64,000 bases of DNA from the human T2T-CHM13v2.0 reference genome, Homo sapiens, in assembly GCF_009914755.1 (NCBI RefSeq), contig NC_060942.1; one strand, given 5' to 3'. The notes beneath the pieces are model-generated. The model did no database searches, had not been told where the DNA came from, and worked only from the letters and a program-made list of their open reading frames with translations. Numbering within the stretch: position 1 is the stretch's first letter; each line of letters begins with the position of its first letter. The position numbers were made by a program, and so were the translations under genes. Of the stretch, positions 47,437-61,371 are shown in pieces.

Positions 47437-47805
47437 GTGTTAAAAAAAAATTAACTGGGAGGCCATTAGGCTTACACTGTTCCAGCACCTTGGGTTCCTA
47501 CATAAACGAACAAAGGCCAGTGTCAGCAATAAAATGAAACTTAAGCTTGATCAGTCAGAAACTGACAACTAACCTCTAACTGGGGGACTTGCCACCAGAT
47601 CATACCCAAACAAGGCAAATACCTGCCTGCAGCCCATCAAATAATTCTTTGCCTCTGCTTTCAGCCTATAAAAGCCCTCTGCTCATGCTGCTAAAGCAGA
47701 GCCCTCTGAACCTCTCTTGGTTCTGAGTGCTGTCCAATTCATGAATCATCTTTTGCTCAAATAAATTCTGCTAAATTTAATTTGTCCAAAGTTTTTCTTT
47801 GAACT
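47437..47805 (+). mobile_element. ERV1-class solo LTR (MER57-like)
   Basis: tgttaaa...aactgggaggccattagg start, TATAAAA at 47667, AATAAA at 47760, ends aaagtttttcttt. Confidence 0.65.
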
Positions 47806-50505
47806 CCTGATGTTACAAGACTTTCAGCCCTAGCCAGTTTCTTCTCCAATAATTTCTAAAGTCACCAAGAGGCACCTTACCTGTGTACCAAAGAAGCCAT
47901 CTTGGCCACCCCATGTCCCCCTTTCAGCTCAGGCTCAGAGAGGGCATGCTTGCAGTGGAGGCCACGGGGACCTGATGTTCACATGGCAGCTGCTGTGACT
48001 GCAGGAGCTGCAGGGGAGTAACACAGAAGCCCTACTCAGAGCCCCTTCCTGTGGCTGCCTGAGGCTCTAAGTTCTACAAAGACTGCCATTTTCCCTTTTC
48101 CTGCCTCCTCCTACTGCTTGAACGCTCCCTTTCCTTAAATAAAGGCAGAGGGAGGGGCTTGGTCTCCTCAGGCAAATAGGCTCCCAGCAGGTTCCCCCGC
48201 CACCAGGCCCCAAGCAAGCCTAGACCTGCCTCCCTCTCCTGGGGCTCAGGCCAGGGTCCCTGCTGTGCAAGTGACAAACAGGTCACTTCTTGGCTTTTCT
48301 CTTCTAGAAAGAAACTCGACTTCAAGGAGGAAGGGTGGGTGAGCCTGCTAGGGTTATAGGATTAGGCTCTGTGAAGCTGCTGTTAAAGTTTTATGAGCCC
48401 CAGCCTAGCTGTGAGAGTGATTATCCTGCAGCTCCCCAGCTGTTCTCCAGCCCCAACACGCAGCTCTGCTTCAGAAGGCAATGCAAGAATAAGGCAACGC
48501 AGGAATCCGGCCTCAATGGCCAGAGCAGATCTGAACAGATTGCTGATAACACTCTGGTTGCTTGCCAGCAAAACCTCCAAGTTGCTTTGTGTAATTTTTT
48601 CCCTCTACTCTTTTCACACCTCTCTGTGGTGGCCCCTGGCGAAAATCAACCATGTCAGGGTCTTTTCAAGGCTTGTTCTCTCACCAGGGTCAGCCCAGCC
48701 TGGAGGAGGCATTTCATTTGCACAGAACAGCAGGATGACAGATCTGCCATTAGTATTCATGATCTGGAATCCCAGGAATGGACTCTCTGGACATGTGGGA
48801 GTAGGTTGGGCTGACAGATCTAAATCAAGCTCTGAATTCTCTACTCTCAGAGCTCCGGCCCATCTTCTGTCAAATGGGTCACAGATCCACTGCAAATACT
48901 GGCCAGTGATCAGATGCTGCTGACTTGCTCAACAGGGTCAGGCTTTCACTGTCAGAATCAGTGGCAGGTTACTAACAAGAGGAAGGACCAAGGAGGGTTA
49001 CCATGGGGATGTTTGCATGTGCCGAGATAGAAATCAGAATCCAGGACCCTGCAGTGATTTCCATCTGAGAGAATTTGCTATAAGGTAACTATTAAATAAC
49101 TGTTCCCCTGAGTTCCCTAAAGTCATCCCGAGGAGGTGCCATGTTGCCAAGGGCCAGGCTGGAAACCTCCCAAGCCCCACCCCTTGGCCCAAAGGTGAGA
49201 GAGATGGCAAGAAAGAGTTGGGAGACAGAAATGGTCTACTGTCCCCTCATCTCACCCTCCCCACGGTTACCACCCGCCCACCAATGCAGGGCAGCCTTTG
49301 ACCTTCCCTGGAAGGTCTGATGTCATCTTTAATGGTCTGTTTCCATGACTTGCAGCACTACAGGTTTGGGAACCAAACAAATGACAGGTTAATAACAATC
49401 AGACTGGGATTTGGCGATGAACCCTCACTTGTCAGAGGCCTCAGTGTTAATAACCGTACTTCCAGTTCAGGGACGCTCTGCTAATAAGGTGAAGAGTGTG
49501 GCTTGTTGTGTGTGAAGATTACAAAGCAGAAAGGTTTCTCACATGATCTATAAATTCGCCCATGTAAACTACCTAAGACAAAGGCTAAATACGTTCACTT
49601 TGGGGGCTGAGATAATGCACAAAGGAAAACTGTGTTCTTCTAAGCTAAAACTAACTGCAGAAGTCCAGAGAAGGTGAGTGAGGTGTCCCACCAGGAAGGT
49701 GGGGGGCGGGGAAAGGATTCTCACTGCAGCCCCGAGGGCTGACAATGGTGCTGAAATCCAGGCTGCCACTGTCACTCCTCACATCATGACATCCCACTGA
49801 GAAACACCGCAGGACAAAGCAGCCCAGAGAGAAGTCACTCTAGATTTCCACCAGGAACACACTGCCCGACTGTGCATCACCTGTCCAGAGCTTCCTTGAT
49901 CCTGTAACCCCTCCCCCTGGCTCCCTTCTTCTGGAGTGTGGGAACAGGGGGGAAGCAGAGAAACAATGACAGCTGTTAAAGGAACCACTAGCCACTTACC
50001 TTGGTGCTGCTGTTGTTCCTAACCAGCCTTGGGGAGGAGAGGAGCAAGTGCAAACTATGAAGAGAAGTTAGGCAATTTTAATCAGGGCTTTGAAATGCAA
50101 ACCCCAACACACTGAGCAGAGGGGGTAATGGTTGGAAATCATAGGAGGAGGTGTATTATTTTTGGATACATCATAAAGCTAAGAAGATATTGAAAAATAC
50201 CCACTGAACTAGTGTCAAGGGGAGGGTCGGGGAGAGGGCCAAGTCTCAGGACAGGACAGAAAATGGCCTCTACTCTGCTGAGAGGGAAGTGAGAGCAGAA
50301 CTGGAGACCCTGGGACTGTCTGCCTGCAAGGCAGATACCCAGAGGGTCCCTGGCCGGCACTCATGAAGTCCACAGTGGACTGAAGGGAAGCAGGGGCTTG
50401 GTCTTCAGGTTGGGGGACACAGAATGGGAAGCTCAGGGTGACACCTGGTTGGGGCCAAGGAAAGGAGAGTGGCCTCTGGGGAAGCAGACACAAGGCATGG
50501 AAGGC

Positions 50506-50820
50506 TGCTATGGTCTGAATGTTGACGTCCTATATATGGTGAAATTCTAACCCCCAAGGTGATGGTGTTAGAAATGAGGTCTATGGGAGACGACTACATC
50601 ATGGAGGCAGAGCCCTCATAAATGAGATTAGTGCCCTTATTAGAGAGGCCTGAGAGAGACCCCTGGCTCCTTCCACCATGTGAGGACACACTGAGAAGGC
50701 ACTGTTTATCAGCCAGAAAGCAAGCCCTCACCAGACACCAAATCTGCCTTGCTCTTGGACTTCCCAGCAAGCTGCCCAGTCTATGGAATTTTGTTATAGC
50801 AGCCCAGATGGACTAAGACA
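50506..50820 (+). mobile_element. MaLR solo LTR (MLT1A/MST-like)
   Basis: tgctatggtctgaatgtt...ccctcaccagacaccaaatctgcc...gttatagcagcccagatggactaagaca. Confidence 0.85.
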
Positions 50821-52104
50821 AAGGTTTGGAGTACATGTGTGTAGTAGCAAGATCACCAGTCCAGGAGACGGGAGATCCAGGTCTTAGTATCTGAGGTCCA
50901 GTCCTTCATCTCTCTGAGCCTTTGCCTGCCCACACATGTCAGTGGGGAGTGGGAACCCTGCCTCATCTGCATCTCATGATTGAGCTGATCCATTGGGATG
51001 GCAGGTCTAGAAGTGCAACATATTACAAAGTCCTAATGCATGTGCAGTCTGCAGGATTACTTCAAAAGGAGGAGTTAAGGTTCACACACACCTGGATGGC
51101 TGGCTGAAACTTACCCACTATGACTACTAGTATGCTTTGAGCATCACCAGTCTGACAGGGGCAAAGTTCCAAGCCAATTCTTCACTTAGGGGGGACTCTG
51201 ATGCCTTCCATCTGCCACTTCTTGGAAGCCATGAACCCCCAAATTGGATCAAATGCTGGGAGATGGAATTACCAGGAAGTGCAAGGACTAATAGGTTGGG
51301 GGAGGCAGGGAGAGGGGAAGGAGTTGAGGAGAATGCAGCCAGCAGCTGCTGCAAAGGCTGGAGGAGAGGATAATTAGATCAGGCTCCAGAGGAGCCAGCG
51401 GGAGGAGCAACCTGTCTTGTGTCTGCTGACCACGTGGTCCAGGCTGGAAGGGGCAGCGGCTGGTCCCCTCAGGCCGGCAACACAGACCAGACTTGCTTCT
51501 GAACCAAGTTAATCTCATCTCATCATTTCCCACCTGCCCAAATGGTCTACCCAGCTGAATTCTGAACTGCCAGCCTAATACGTAGGTTCTACATGATATA
51601 ACTTGAGGACTAGAAAATGATCCCAAACATAAAAAACATCCCGCCCACCCACAAGGTGGGGAAGGAGTTTCCACTGTTAGGACTCTTTCCCCTGGGAGAT
51701 GCTTGTCACCTGTCAAAAGGTGCCCTTGGAAACCAGAGAAGATGCCCCCAAGAATAATGGAGACAGAGCAAGGAATGCAGCTTACCCTGAGAGTAAAGGG
51801 GCAGGGAGGGAGACAATGGGGGAGGGAGGCAATGGGGGAGGATAAAAAAGGAAAAGCAGAAAAGGGGAGAAGGAGTGGGGACACCAAAGAGGTGGAGACT
51901 TATGTCTGGAACAGTGACATCATGCTCTCCACTTACCTCATCTGGCACAAGCTACCCAGGGGCTTGTTTTCCTATGAATTAGAATGTTACTCAATTTGAT
52001 TTCTGTGTACTTACCCCCATGAGCTATTTGTCCTATTGAGTGTCTCTAACAGCACGCTCCCCACCAGCTTCCTCAATGACAATCCTGTTCCAGGAGCCAA
52101 GAAA

Positions 52105-52128
52105 ATATATATATATATATATATATAT
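52105..52128. repeat. (AT)n microsatellite
   Basis: ~12 AT units read directly. Confidence 0.9.
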
Positions 52129-52523
52129 CTGGACACACGCAGAATGCAAACACCAAGTGGGACAACTGGAGATTCTGGGACAGGGAAAGATACCGAACCC
52201 TTGGGGTTATGCACCTGCAGGGAGAAGTCTGTGCTAGCCACCTCTCACTTCAGCACTCTCCAGAAGCATGGGCTCACCTCTTCCCTGTACCATTAGTTCA
52301 GAAACATCCACTCTTGTCTCCAACACCCTGACATGCAGACTTGGTCCATGGAGCCAAACTTCCATCAGAATCAGGGAAGAAACTATAAGAGCAGGAACAG
52401 ACTGAGTTAGGAGAAAAGGAGGCTGGATTTATAAAGATTGCATTCCGTGGCAGCCATGGTTTGAATCTGATCCTTGGGCCTCGTTGTTCCGCTGACATGG
52501 ACAATAAGAAATGAGGACATCTG

Positions 52524-52887
<364 letters not shown>

Positions 52888-54049
52888 CTAAACTCAAGTC
52901 AGGCCACTCTATTCCTGTGCCATCGTTTTCTGGCCTACAAAACCAGGACAATTAAAAATCACTTCAGTTATTTCCTCAATGAACAAATATGGAGTGAGGG
53001 TCTACTGTCCCCCAGGGCCTGGCTGGGGAAACAGAGATAAATATCACAGCCATAGAGCAACTAAAGACAACTGCACCTTCTTTCCTGTTGAGGACTTCAG
53101 AGCCTGCACTGTGGGCAGCACTGTGACCTCAACACAGCCTCATGAGGGAGGCAGGTTCCAGAAGAGAACTCTGAGGGCAGGAGTTTCGGTGCTGTCTCTC
53201 TACAACTACACAGCTGGTCCATGGCTGGGCTGGGCTGCAACCCCAGGGTTGGAGGCCTTGGCTCAGAGGCTTGGGGGAAACCTATGGCAGGGAGTGGGGA
53301 AGGCAGGGAGAGCCTTTTCTGCTGCAGTGCTTCTGCTTTGTCTCTCTTCCCCTTCAAACTCCCTTTTTTCTTTCTCAGCTGATCAGAGCCTAAGGAGGCA
53401 CCAATTGGCTAGTGGGACTCCAAGTGATGATGAAAACCCTGAACTCATGGATAAAGGGACAAAGGAAACTTGCTCCCTGGAACCAAGGACTTGTGATGGG
53501 GAGAGTGGCCCACTATTTCAGGACACTCCTGGTAACTCCTGTAGATGGTCCTCCCCTAACAGACAAAGACAGGCAAAGCCGCAATGGCTGCTTCCACCTC
53601 ATGAGTGTTAGCACAAATTCATTCATTCATTCATTCATCTGTTTATTGAGCCCTGCTATGTCAGGCACCCTGGGGGTATAGTGACGGAGAAAGCAAATAA
53701 GGTTCCTACCTGCAAGAAGCTTATGGTCTAGTGCAGTGCACCCCAACTTTTTTCACCTTGAGGTACACCTAGAAAATGATTAAATGTGTATCAACTATCA
53801 GAGTGACTGATGAGATCACTCTGGCTGGTGGGGACCAGCCCAGATCCTCCAGCTGACCCAGGACCCCACAACCCCTCCAGTCCCAAGGGCTGAGAGGATC
53901 AATATCATAGTAAGCCATGCACCCTGGCTAAGGACCTCCAGCTACATGGTTATAGGTGGGTTTCTGATTTGTAGCTACCGGGGCAGTCAAGATTAATGGA
54001 AAACAAGGGTACTATAACCTGGGAGTGTTAGACCTCAGAAGAATGAAAC

Positions 54050-54590
54050 CATGGTAGTTTCAAACCATGGCTGCAAATTCTTAACATCCCTCCCATGAAG
54101 AGATGGTGTCCATATCCCCACCCCTCCCATGAAGAGATGGTGTCCAAGTCCCCTCTGCTAAGTGGGCTTGTGACTGCTTTGACCAATAGAGTACAGCAGA
54201 AGTGTGATGCTGTGTGATTTCCAAGGCTGGGTCATAAAAAAACAGGCAGTTTCCACTTTGCTGACTGGAACCTGTGCTTTTGGAGAACTGAGCCTCCACG
54301 TAAGAGGTTCCACTGTCCTAAGATACCATCACGGAGAGACTATGCATACATGCTCTGGTTGACAATTCCAGCTAAGCCCACCCTTCAGACCCACACCAGA
54401 TATGTAGGCGAAGAAGCTGCCTATGACTCCAGCCCTTTTTGTTCAAGTTTTCCCAGACATCATGGAGCAGACAAAGCCATTTCCACAAAACCCTATCTGA
54501 ACTCCTGACCCACAGAATCCATGGCATAATAACATGGCTATTGTTTTATACCACTGGGCATTGGGACAGTTGTGCAGCAGTAGAAGCACC
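54050..54590 (+). mobile_element. MLT1-family MaLR LTR
   Basis: tgtgactgctttgaccaatagagtacagcagaagtg...ggagcagacaaagccatt...tctgaactcctgacccacagaatc. Confidence 0.75.
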
Positions 54591-55123
54591 AGGACAAAAT
54601 CAAAGCCCCAACTAAGGATGCTGGGCTGACCCCAGTTCACAAGGATGACCCTCCACTGCATGTTACCACAAGAGGTGAGGGTAGTGGGAGAAAAAAGACA
54701 GCTCACAGGAAAGCAGCTTCCTCAACCTCAGTCTTCCTGGCAGTGGCAAAGTTAGCATACCCTCAGCAGGTCAATCTTCTAGTGGTCTACAGTCTGCTCC
54801 TGCAGCCTTTGCATGGACTTTGTAAGCACCCAACTCCCTGTATTAAATCCTTCTCTGCTGACAAGAACCAGAGTAGCTTCTCATACCTGCAACTGAACCT
54901 ACCTAATGCAGAGCCCAAATACCCTGCTCACACTCCCAGAGCCAACTTGGTTTCTCTCCATTTCAGAGATTGGCTCTTAGCCTTTTCACTGATTATCTGT
55001 GAAATTTACCAGAATCCTTCTAGTAAGTTTCCTTTGCTTTGCCAAAATTGATTTCTGTTGTTTGCAACCAAAGAACTCCAATTGATACAAAATTTAAGCT
55101 GCTAATTAAGTGAATATCTTATC

Positions 55124-55456
55124 TAGTAGTCTCCCCTTATTCACGGTTTCACTTTTGGCGGTTTCAGTTATCCAGGATCAACCATGGTCTGAAAACATTA
55201 AATGGGAAACTTCAGAAATAAACAATTCATAAGTTTCAAAAGACTTTCCTTATAGTATATTATAATTGTTCTATTTTATTATTAGTTATGGTTGTTAATC
55301 TCTTACAGTGCCTAATTAATATATTAAACCTTATCATCCATATATATGTGTGTAGAAAAAACATAGAATATATAGGGTTCAGTATTATCCAAGGTTTCAG
55401 GCTCCCATGAAACATCTTGGAACGTATCTGCCTTGGATAAGGGGGGGACTACTGTA
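55124..55456. mobile_element. MER44-type Tigger MITE
   Basis: Inverted termini tagtagtctccccttat / ataagggggggactactgta and recalled MER44A internal motifs. Confidence 0.8.
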
Positions 55457-56012
55457 TTTAACCCCCTTTTTAAGAACCCACTTTTCAGATGAACAGTGTA
55501 GAAAAGAATAATTTTCACATGATTTGAAGATACAACCGTAAATGTTTTTAGTCTTTAGAGATAGCTTTTTTTGTGCATGAAAAATAATCTTCAGAATTTA
55601 CTTTGGTATTTAAAGCCAATTATTACAGAAACAAATTCAAAGGCTTAGTTTTCCCTATGTTTTTAAGTTCAATTTAGACATAGTATTCAATTTATAAATC
55701 TTTCAAATTTCACAATAATTTTAAGAAGATTTGTATAACTTAATTCCTTGGAATATTTTATCTGTATTTATAAACCCAACATAATAAATTCCCTTTTTAA
55801 AATAATTCAGTTGTCTAGCTAACCAACTTTTCCAAGTACTAAAGTGATTCTTACAAATCTCCTAAATCAAGTTTATAAATACAATGATGAAGTTCTTTTA
55901 AATGTGCCTATGCTATTTATAGACTAAGATTCTCTTGCAGTTTTCAGCTTAGAATTTAAATTGATTGCTCGGGACTGTAATTAGCCAAATTCTCCAAATA
56001 CTTTTGGACACC

Positions 56013-56368
56013 TGATACAGTTTGGCTGTGTCCCCACCCAAATGTCATCTTGAATTCCCACATGTTGTGGGAGGGACCCAGTGGGAGGTAATTAAATCAT
56101 GGGGACAAGTCTTTCTTGTGCTGTTCTCATTATAGTGAATAAGATGCATGAGATCTGATGGTTTTAAAAAGAGGAGTTTCCCTGCACAAGCTCATCCTTT
56201 CTTTGCCTGCCACCATCCACATAAGATGTGATTTGCTCCTCCTTGCCTTCTGCCATGACTCTGAGGCTTCCCCAGCCACGTGGAACTGTAAGTCCATTAA
56301 ACCTCTTTCTGTAAATTACCTAGTCTCAGGTATGTCTTTAACAGCAGCATGAAAATGGACTAATAACA
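56013..56368 (+). mobile_element. THE1 solo LTR
   Basis: tgatacagtttggctgtgtccccacccaaat...cttccccagccacgtggaactgtaagtccattaaacctcttt...gaaaatggactaata. Confidence 0.9.
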
Positions 56369-56546
56369 CCACTTGGGTCCTACCTCACACCCTCACAGCC
56401 TACCTTTTGCTTTAATCACTCCTGTAGTAACCACAGGTGAGGCCAGACAGCACCTCTCAGCTTCAGTCTCTTGCTTTGTACCTGTGTAATTCTCAGACAT
56501 TCAGACGCTATGGCAAAGGGCTCCTTGGGAACTGCTCTACATTCAT

Positions 56547-56548
<2 letters not shown>

Positions 56549-56588
<40 letters not shown>

Positions 56589-56590
56589 CG

Positions 56591-56644
<54 letters not shown>

Positions 56645-56684
56645 GAGGGAGAGGGAGAGGGGGAGAGAGAGAGAGAGAGAGAGA
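56549..56684. repeat. Compound (AC)n-(GA)n microsatellite with a polypurine tail
   Basis: ~18 AC units followed by ~100 nt of almost pure GA/purine sequence. Confidence 0.95.
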
Positions 56685-57079
56685 CTGACCCCAGAAGTGT
56701 ACGGGATATCCAGTGAGAGAATGAAGCCAGTGGATAAAGGATCTCCTCTACCATTTTTCCGGCAGACAAACCTGAGGCTTATTCCACATGGTTCCTCAGA
56801 AGTGCCCAGAAGGATGGAGCATCAGTTGCCCGTAGCAATGACCAAGTCAATTATGCACCCAGTTTTATTGTTTTACTCCTGTTCCCTATATCCCTTATCA
56901 GATAAACTACCTGCCCCTGAGCTTCCTCTCAGCTCTGCTTTCCAAGGTGAATGCTGGCTAAGACAAATGCTAATGCACACAAATTATTCCCAGATTTTAC
57001 ACAACAGTCATACTAGGGGTTTGATTTGCTTCATAATCTCTGTTCTCAATTCTAAATCTCCCCAGGGTTAAAAGATTCA

Positions 57080-57540
57080 CCAGAGCTGCCATAACAAAGT
57101 ACCATACCTGGGTGGCTTAAAACAAGTGAAACGTATTATCTCAGAGTTCTAGGGGCTGAAAGTCTTAAATCAAGGTGTCAGCAGAGCCACGCTCCCTTGA
57201 GACTCTGGGTAGAATGCTTCCTTGCCCCGCCCTGGCTCTGGTGGTGGCCCACAATCCTTAGCGTCCCTTGGCTTGCAGCTGCGTCACTCCAGTCTCTGCC
57301 TCCACCTTCACATGGCTTTCTCCCTGTGTGCGTCTTCACATCAACTTCCTTCTGTGTATGCTGGCATCCAGATTTCCCATTTTTATAAGGATACACAAGT
57401 ACTGGATCGGGGCCCACCCGAATGACTTCATCTTAACTTGGTTCTCTGCAAGACTTTATTTCCAAATAAGGCTACATTCTGCAGTACTGGGGATGAGGAC
57501 ATCAGTGTATCTCTTTTCAGGGGGACACACAACGCCACAG
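57080..57540 (-). mobile_element. MLT1B/C-like MaLR LTR
   Basis: gctgccataacaaagtacca...ctgggtggcttaaaacaa...aatcaaggtgtcagcag...gtactggggatgaggac. Confidence 0.85.
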
Positions 57541-57676
57541 TGCCCACTAAGGAAACAATTAAGTAATTCTAAGCAATTAGAGGGATTTCAAGCAAATTTT
57601 CAGTTTTTCTGTCAGCTGGGCCATTTTGCAAATTGGCTAGAGATTTTGACAGGATTTGAGATCAGAAACTGTGAAA

Positions 57677-57987
57677 GGCCAGACACCATGGCTCACACCT
57701 ACAATCCCAGTATCTTGGGAGGCTGAAGAGGGAGGATAGGATTACTTGAGCCCAAGAGTTGGAGACCAGCCTGGGTAAGATGGTAAGAGCCTGTCTCTAC
57801 AAAATAAAATAAATAAATAAAACTAGCTGGGCGCAGTAGCATGCCCTTGTAGTCTCAGCTACTCAGGAGGCTGAGGTGGAAGGATTTCTTGAGCACAGGA
57901 GATCAAGGAGTGCAGTGAGCTATGATTGTGCCACTGCACTTCAGCCTCGGGAACAAAGCAAGACTCCATCTCTTAAAAAAAAAAAAA
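57677..57987 (+). mobile_element. Alu (old, J-like)
   Basis: Diverged dimeric Alu with poly(A). Confidence 0.92.
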
Positions 57988-59564
57988 GTTGAAAGAAGGA
58001 AAAGAAAAGAAAAACTGTAACCGAGCCATCTTCCACAGTTACCACACCAATGGGAATCTAAGTTCATGCCTTCCAATGGAATTGTGGAAACAGAGATTAC
58101 AAACTATAAAATCATGAATTAGCTTTGGCTAGAAAATGTGGAGGAAAGCAGAGTTTCCAAGGCCCGGTTAGCAACTGCCCAGGAACAACCCTAAAAACAT
58201 GAGAGACTGTTGATACAGGTGCTTTGAAAAAATAAGTCCTGATGTAGCCATTAAATCTTATTAGGTAGAAAAGGAAAATAAAGTGCATATTTACACAACT
58301 GTGAACAAAAAACGTAAGCTAATTCTATCACCAGTCTGTATCTTGTCCTCAGAGTTGAAATCTCGTCTAGTTTGCTAGAAAGTCCAATGATCTGTGCTGT
58401 AATATTGAAAGTTTTATTTTTGTAGTTCCAAAGATTTTGGCTTATAATCTTAAGACTAATGTGTTTGTTTTATGTAAATACATTACAGAGGATGTTTATT
58501 GTAGAAAACAGCATTTGTTCACTTGAAGTTCTAAGCTACATTTGTCATAGGAAGTTGATTTTTCCCAACAATCTTGGTGACAAATTAATTCACTGTGACA
58601 TCACTTGTCTGGCTCAAATTAACTCCTATAAAATGAACAAACTAGCTTTCTTAACATTAGGAACATAGATAAAGGAACATTTCTTCTTGCAACATGCATT
58701 TATAAGTAAAGTAGTGCTAACAGATGAAGCTTAAGTACATTTGAGAGATGATCCTGAATTAAGATCATTTGATAGATGATGAAGTTGCTTGAATTCAAGT
58801 TACATATTACCTCATTCTTAAGTCTAATGATTCTGTATCTAACCCAAAACCAGGATGGCAGACATTTGATGGGATTTGACTATCTATTTACTTGATGCTA
58901 CTATGAATTCATTTCATGTACTCCCTACAATCTATGAATCCATTTAAATCCATCAAAATGACATTTGCTTGGATTCTGCAGCTCTTCCTGGCTTTGACTG
59001 GCTTAAAAGTCAGAACTTCCAAGGTCTTATGCATGACAGGAGAGAGGTCAGCTTCATAAAGGCATATGGGTTGGACAACCACTTTCACTGTTGCCATAAG
59101 AAATTTCCAGGTGAAAAATAAGGAATGAACAGAGAAGGCTGATCCTTCTAATGCATAGTTAAAACCCTTTAAAGAAAATCAGTGGATCTTTGGCAAACAT
59201 TATACATTCTAGCCTTTTTCATGTTAAGCGGAAAACATAAATTATATCCAAATAAGTGATAATAAATGTATCTGAAAGCTCCATGCTTCCAGAACACTTT
59301 GCACCAAAGGCTCCTCTCTGAGGTCTTGGGAAGCAATGAGGCAAAGAAGCTGCGTGTTAGATTCCGACTGAGTGGTGCAAATGACTGCTAAATTAGTGTG
59401 AATTATCTGGGCTGTTCCATGTGGCCATCCAACCAAAGTACTGCCTGTACTGCAGAACTGCCAGAGAAGGCCTCCTGGCCTCTATTTTATTCTTCAACAA
59501 CAAAATACAAAGTACCTCTTAGTTTCTGACATGAATCAAAACTAGTCAAAAGATCAAGCACGGG

Positions 59565-59861
59565 GGCCAGGCACAGTGGCTCATGCCTGTAATCCCAGCA
59601 CTTTAGGAGGCCACGGTGGGCTGATCACTTGGGCTCAGGAGTTCAAGACCAGCCTGGAAAACATGGTGAGAGCCCATCTCTACAAAAAATACAAAAATCA
59701 TCCAGGTGTGGTGGCACACAACTGTAGTCCCAACTACTTGGGAGGTTGAGATGGCAGAATCGCTTGAGCCCAGGAGGCAGAGGTTGCAGTGAGCCAAGAT
59801 GGCACCACTGCGCTCTAGTGTGGGTGACAGGGTGAGACCCTGTCTTAAAAAAAAAAAAAAA
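59565..59861 (+). mobile_element. Alu
   Basis: Full Alu. TSD-like atcaagca.ggg. Confidence 0.94.
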
Positions 59862-60553
59862 TCAAGCAGGGACAAAAAGTGGGCACTTGCAAGACACAGG
59901 AAAACCGCAAAGAAATGCTAGGGCTAGACGGAGGAGGGGGGAACTGAGCTATAAACTGGTCAATGAAGATGAATAATCTATCTTGATTTCTTTGAAACAA
60001 GGCAGGGTCTGAACGAACAAATGGATACAGATGAAAGCACAGGGAGGTGAAGGGGAGCTGTTGCTTCTCCCTGGGGTCTTTCTGTTCCCCTCAGCTCAGA
60101 CATTTGCCTCATCTTTTCCCATCCTGCCTTGCCAGTGCATGCAGCCCACAGCCCCTCCCTGCAAGGGCTATCTGGAGGCAAAGAGGGTGGATTGGGAGTT
60201 CTCTGTGGCTTGGGAGTGGGAACCATATTCTTGGGTCTGGCACAGACTATCTACCAATCTAGTTGGTTCTGGAAGCTTCTCAGAGCACCTAGGCTTCATC
60301 TCCTGAACCAACCAGAGGTCCTCCAGGACTTTCAAGTCAGGTAGCACTCAACTTACCTCCCAATAGGGGAGTACAGCTCTCAGGCTACCCAAGGTACCCT
60401 ACTCCCAACCCTTCCCACTTCTGGTGGCAGCTCTGGACCCAACAGAACTGCCCCCTCCCTATCACATCCTAATTCTGCTTCTTCTGGCACATCTAAAATT
60501 TCCTTCTGCTCTCTCTTGGATCTGCTACTGATAGCCAGACATGGGCTCAAGGC

Positions 60554-60932
60554 TGCTATGATCTGAATGTTTTATCCCCTCTAACTCATATGTTGAAATC
60601 TAATCCCCAAGGGGATATTAAAAGGATCAGCCTTTGGGAGGTGATTATGTCATGAGAGCTCTGTCCTCATGAGTGGGATTAATGCCCTGAATAAAAGAAG
60701 TCCGAGGGAGGGGTATGTGTGTGTGTGTGTTTACCCCTTCTACCATGTCTACCATGTGAGGACACAGCAGAAGGTGCCATCTATGAAGAACAAGACCCTC
60801 AAAAGACACTGAATCTGCTTGCACCTTGATCTTGGACTTCTTAGACTCCAGAACTCTAAGCAATCAATTCCTGTTGTTTATAAATTACTCAGTCTAAGGT
60901 ATTTTGTTAGAGAAGCCTAAATGAACTTAGAG
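60554..60932 (+). mobile_element. MaLR solo LTR (MLT1A-like)
   Basis: tgctatgatctgaatgtt...tcatatgttgaaatctaatccccaa...accttgatcttggacttc. Confidence 0.85.
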
Positions 60933-61014
60933 AAAGGCTAACACATTATCTACTTTCAGGACTCATTCAAGTTACTTGCTAGACGTTGTAGGAGTTACAA
61001 TCTTTCACGCATTC

Positions 61015-61371
<357 letters not shown>

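Noticed and set aside
48335-48923. Overlapping 159-aa and 176-aa ORFs
   Set aside because: No recognisable homology, and one starts at GTG. Treated as chance.
52979-53611. 210-aa ORF with an ATG start
   Set aside because: No recognisable domain, promoter or supporting gene structure. The length is plausible by chance in 64 kb over six frames.
58909-59097. Minus-strand peptide with EF-hand-like DLNGFIDCREY
   Set aside because: The loop is two residues short of the canonical 12-residue spacing and there is no further similarity.
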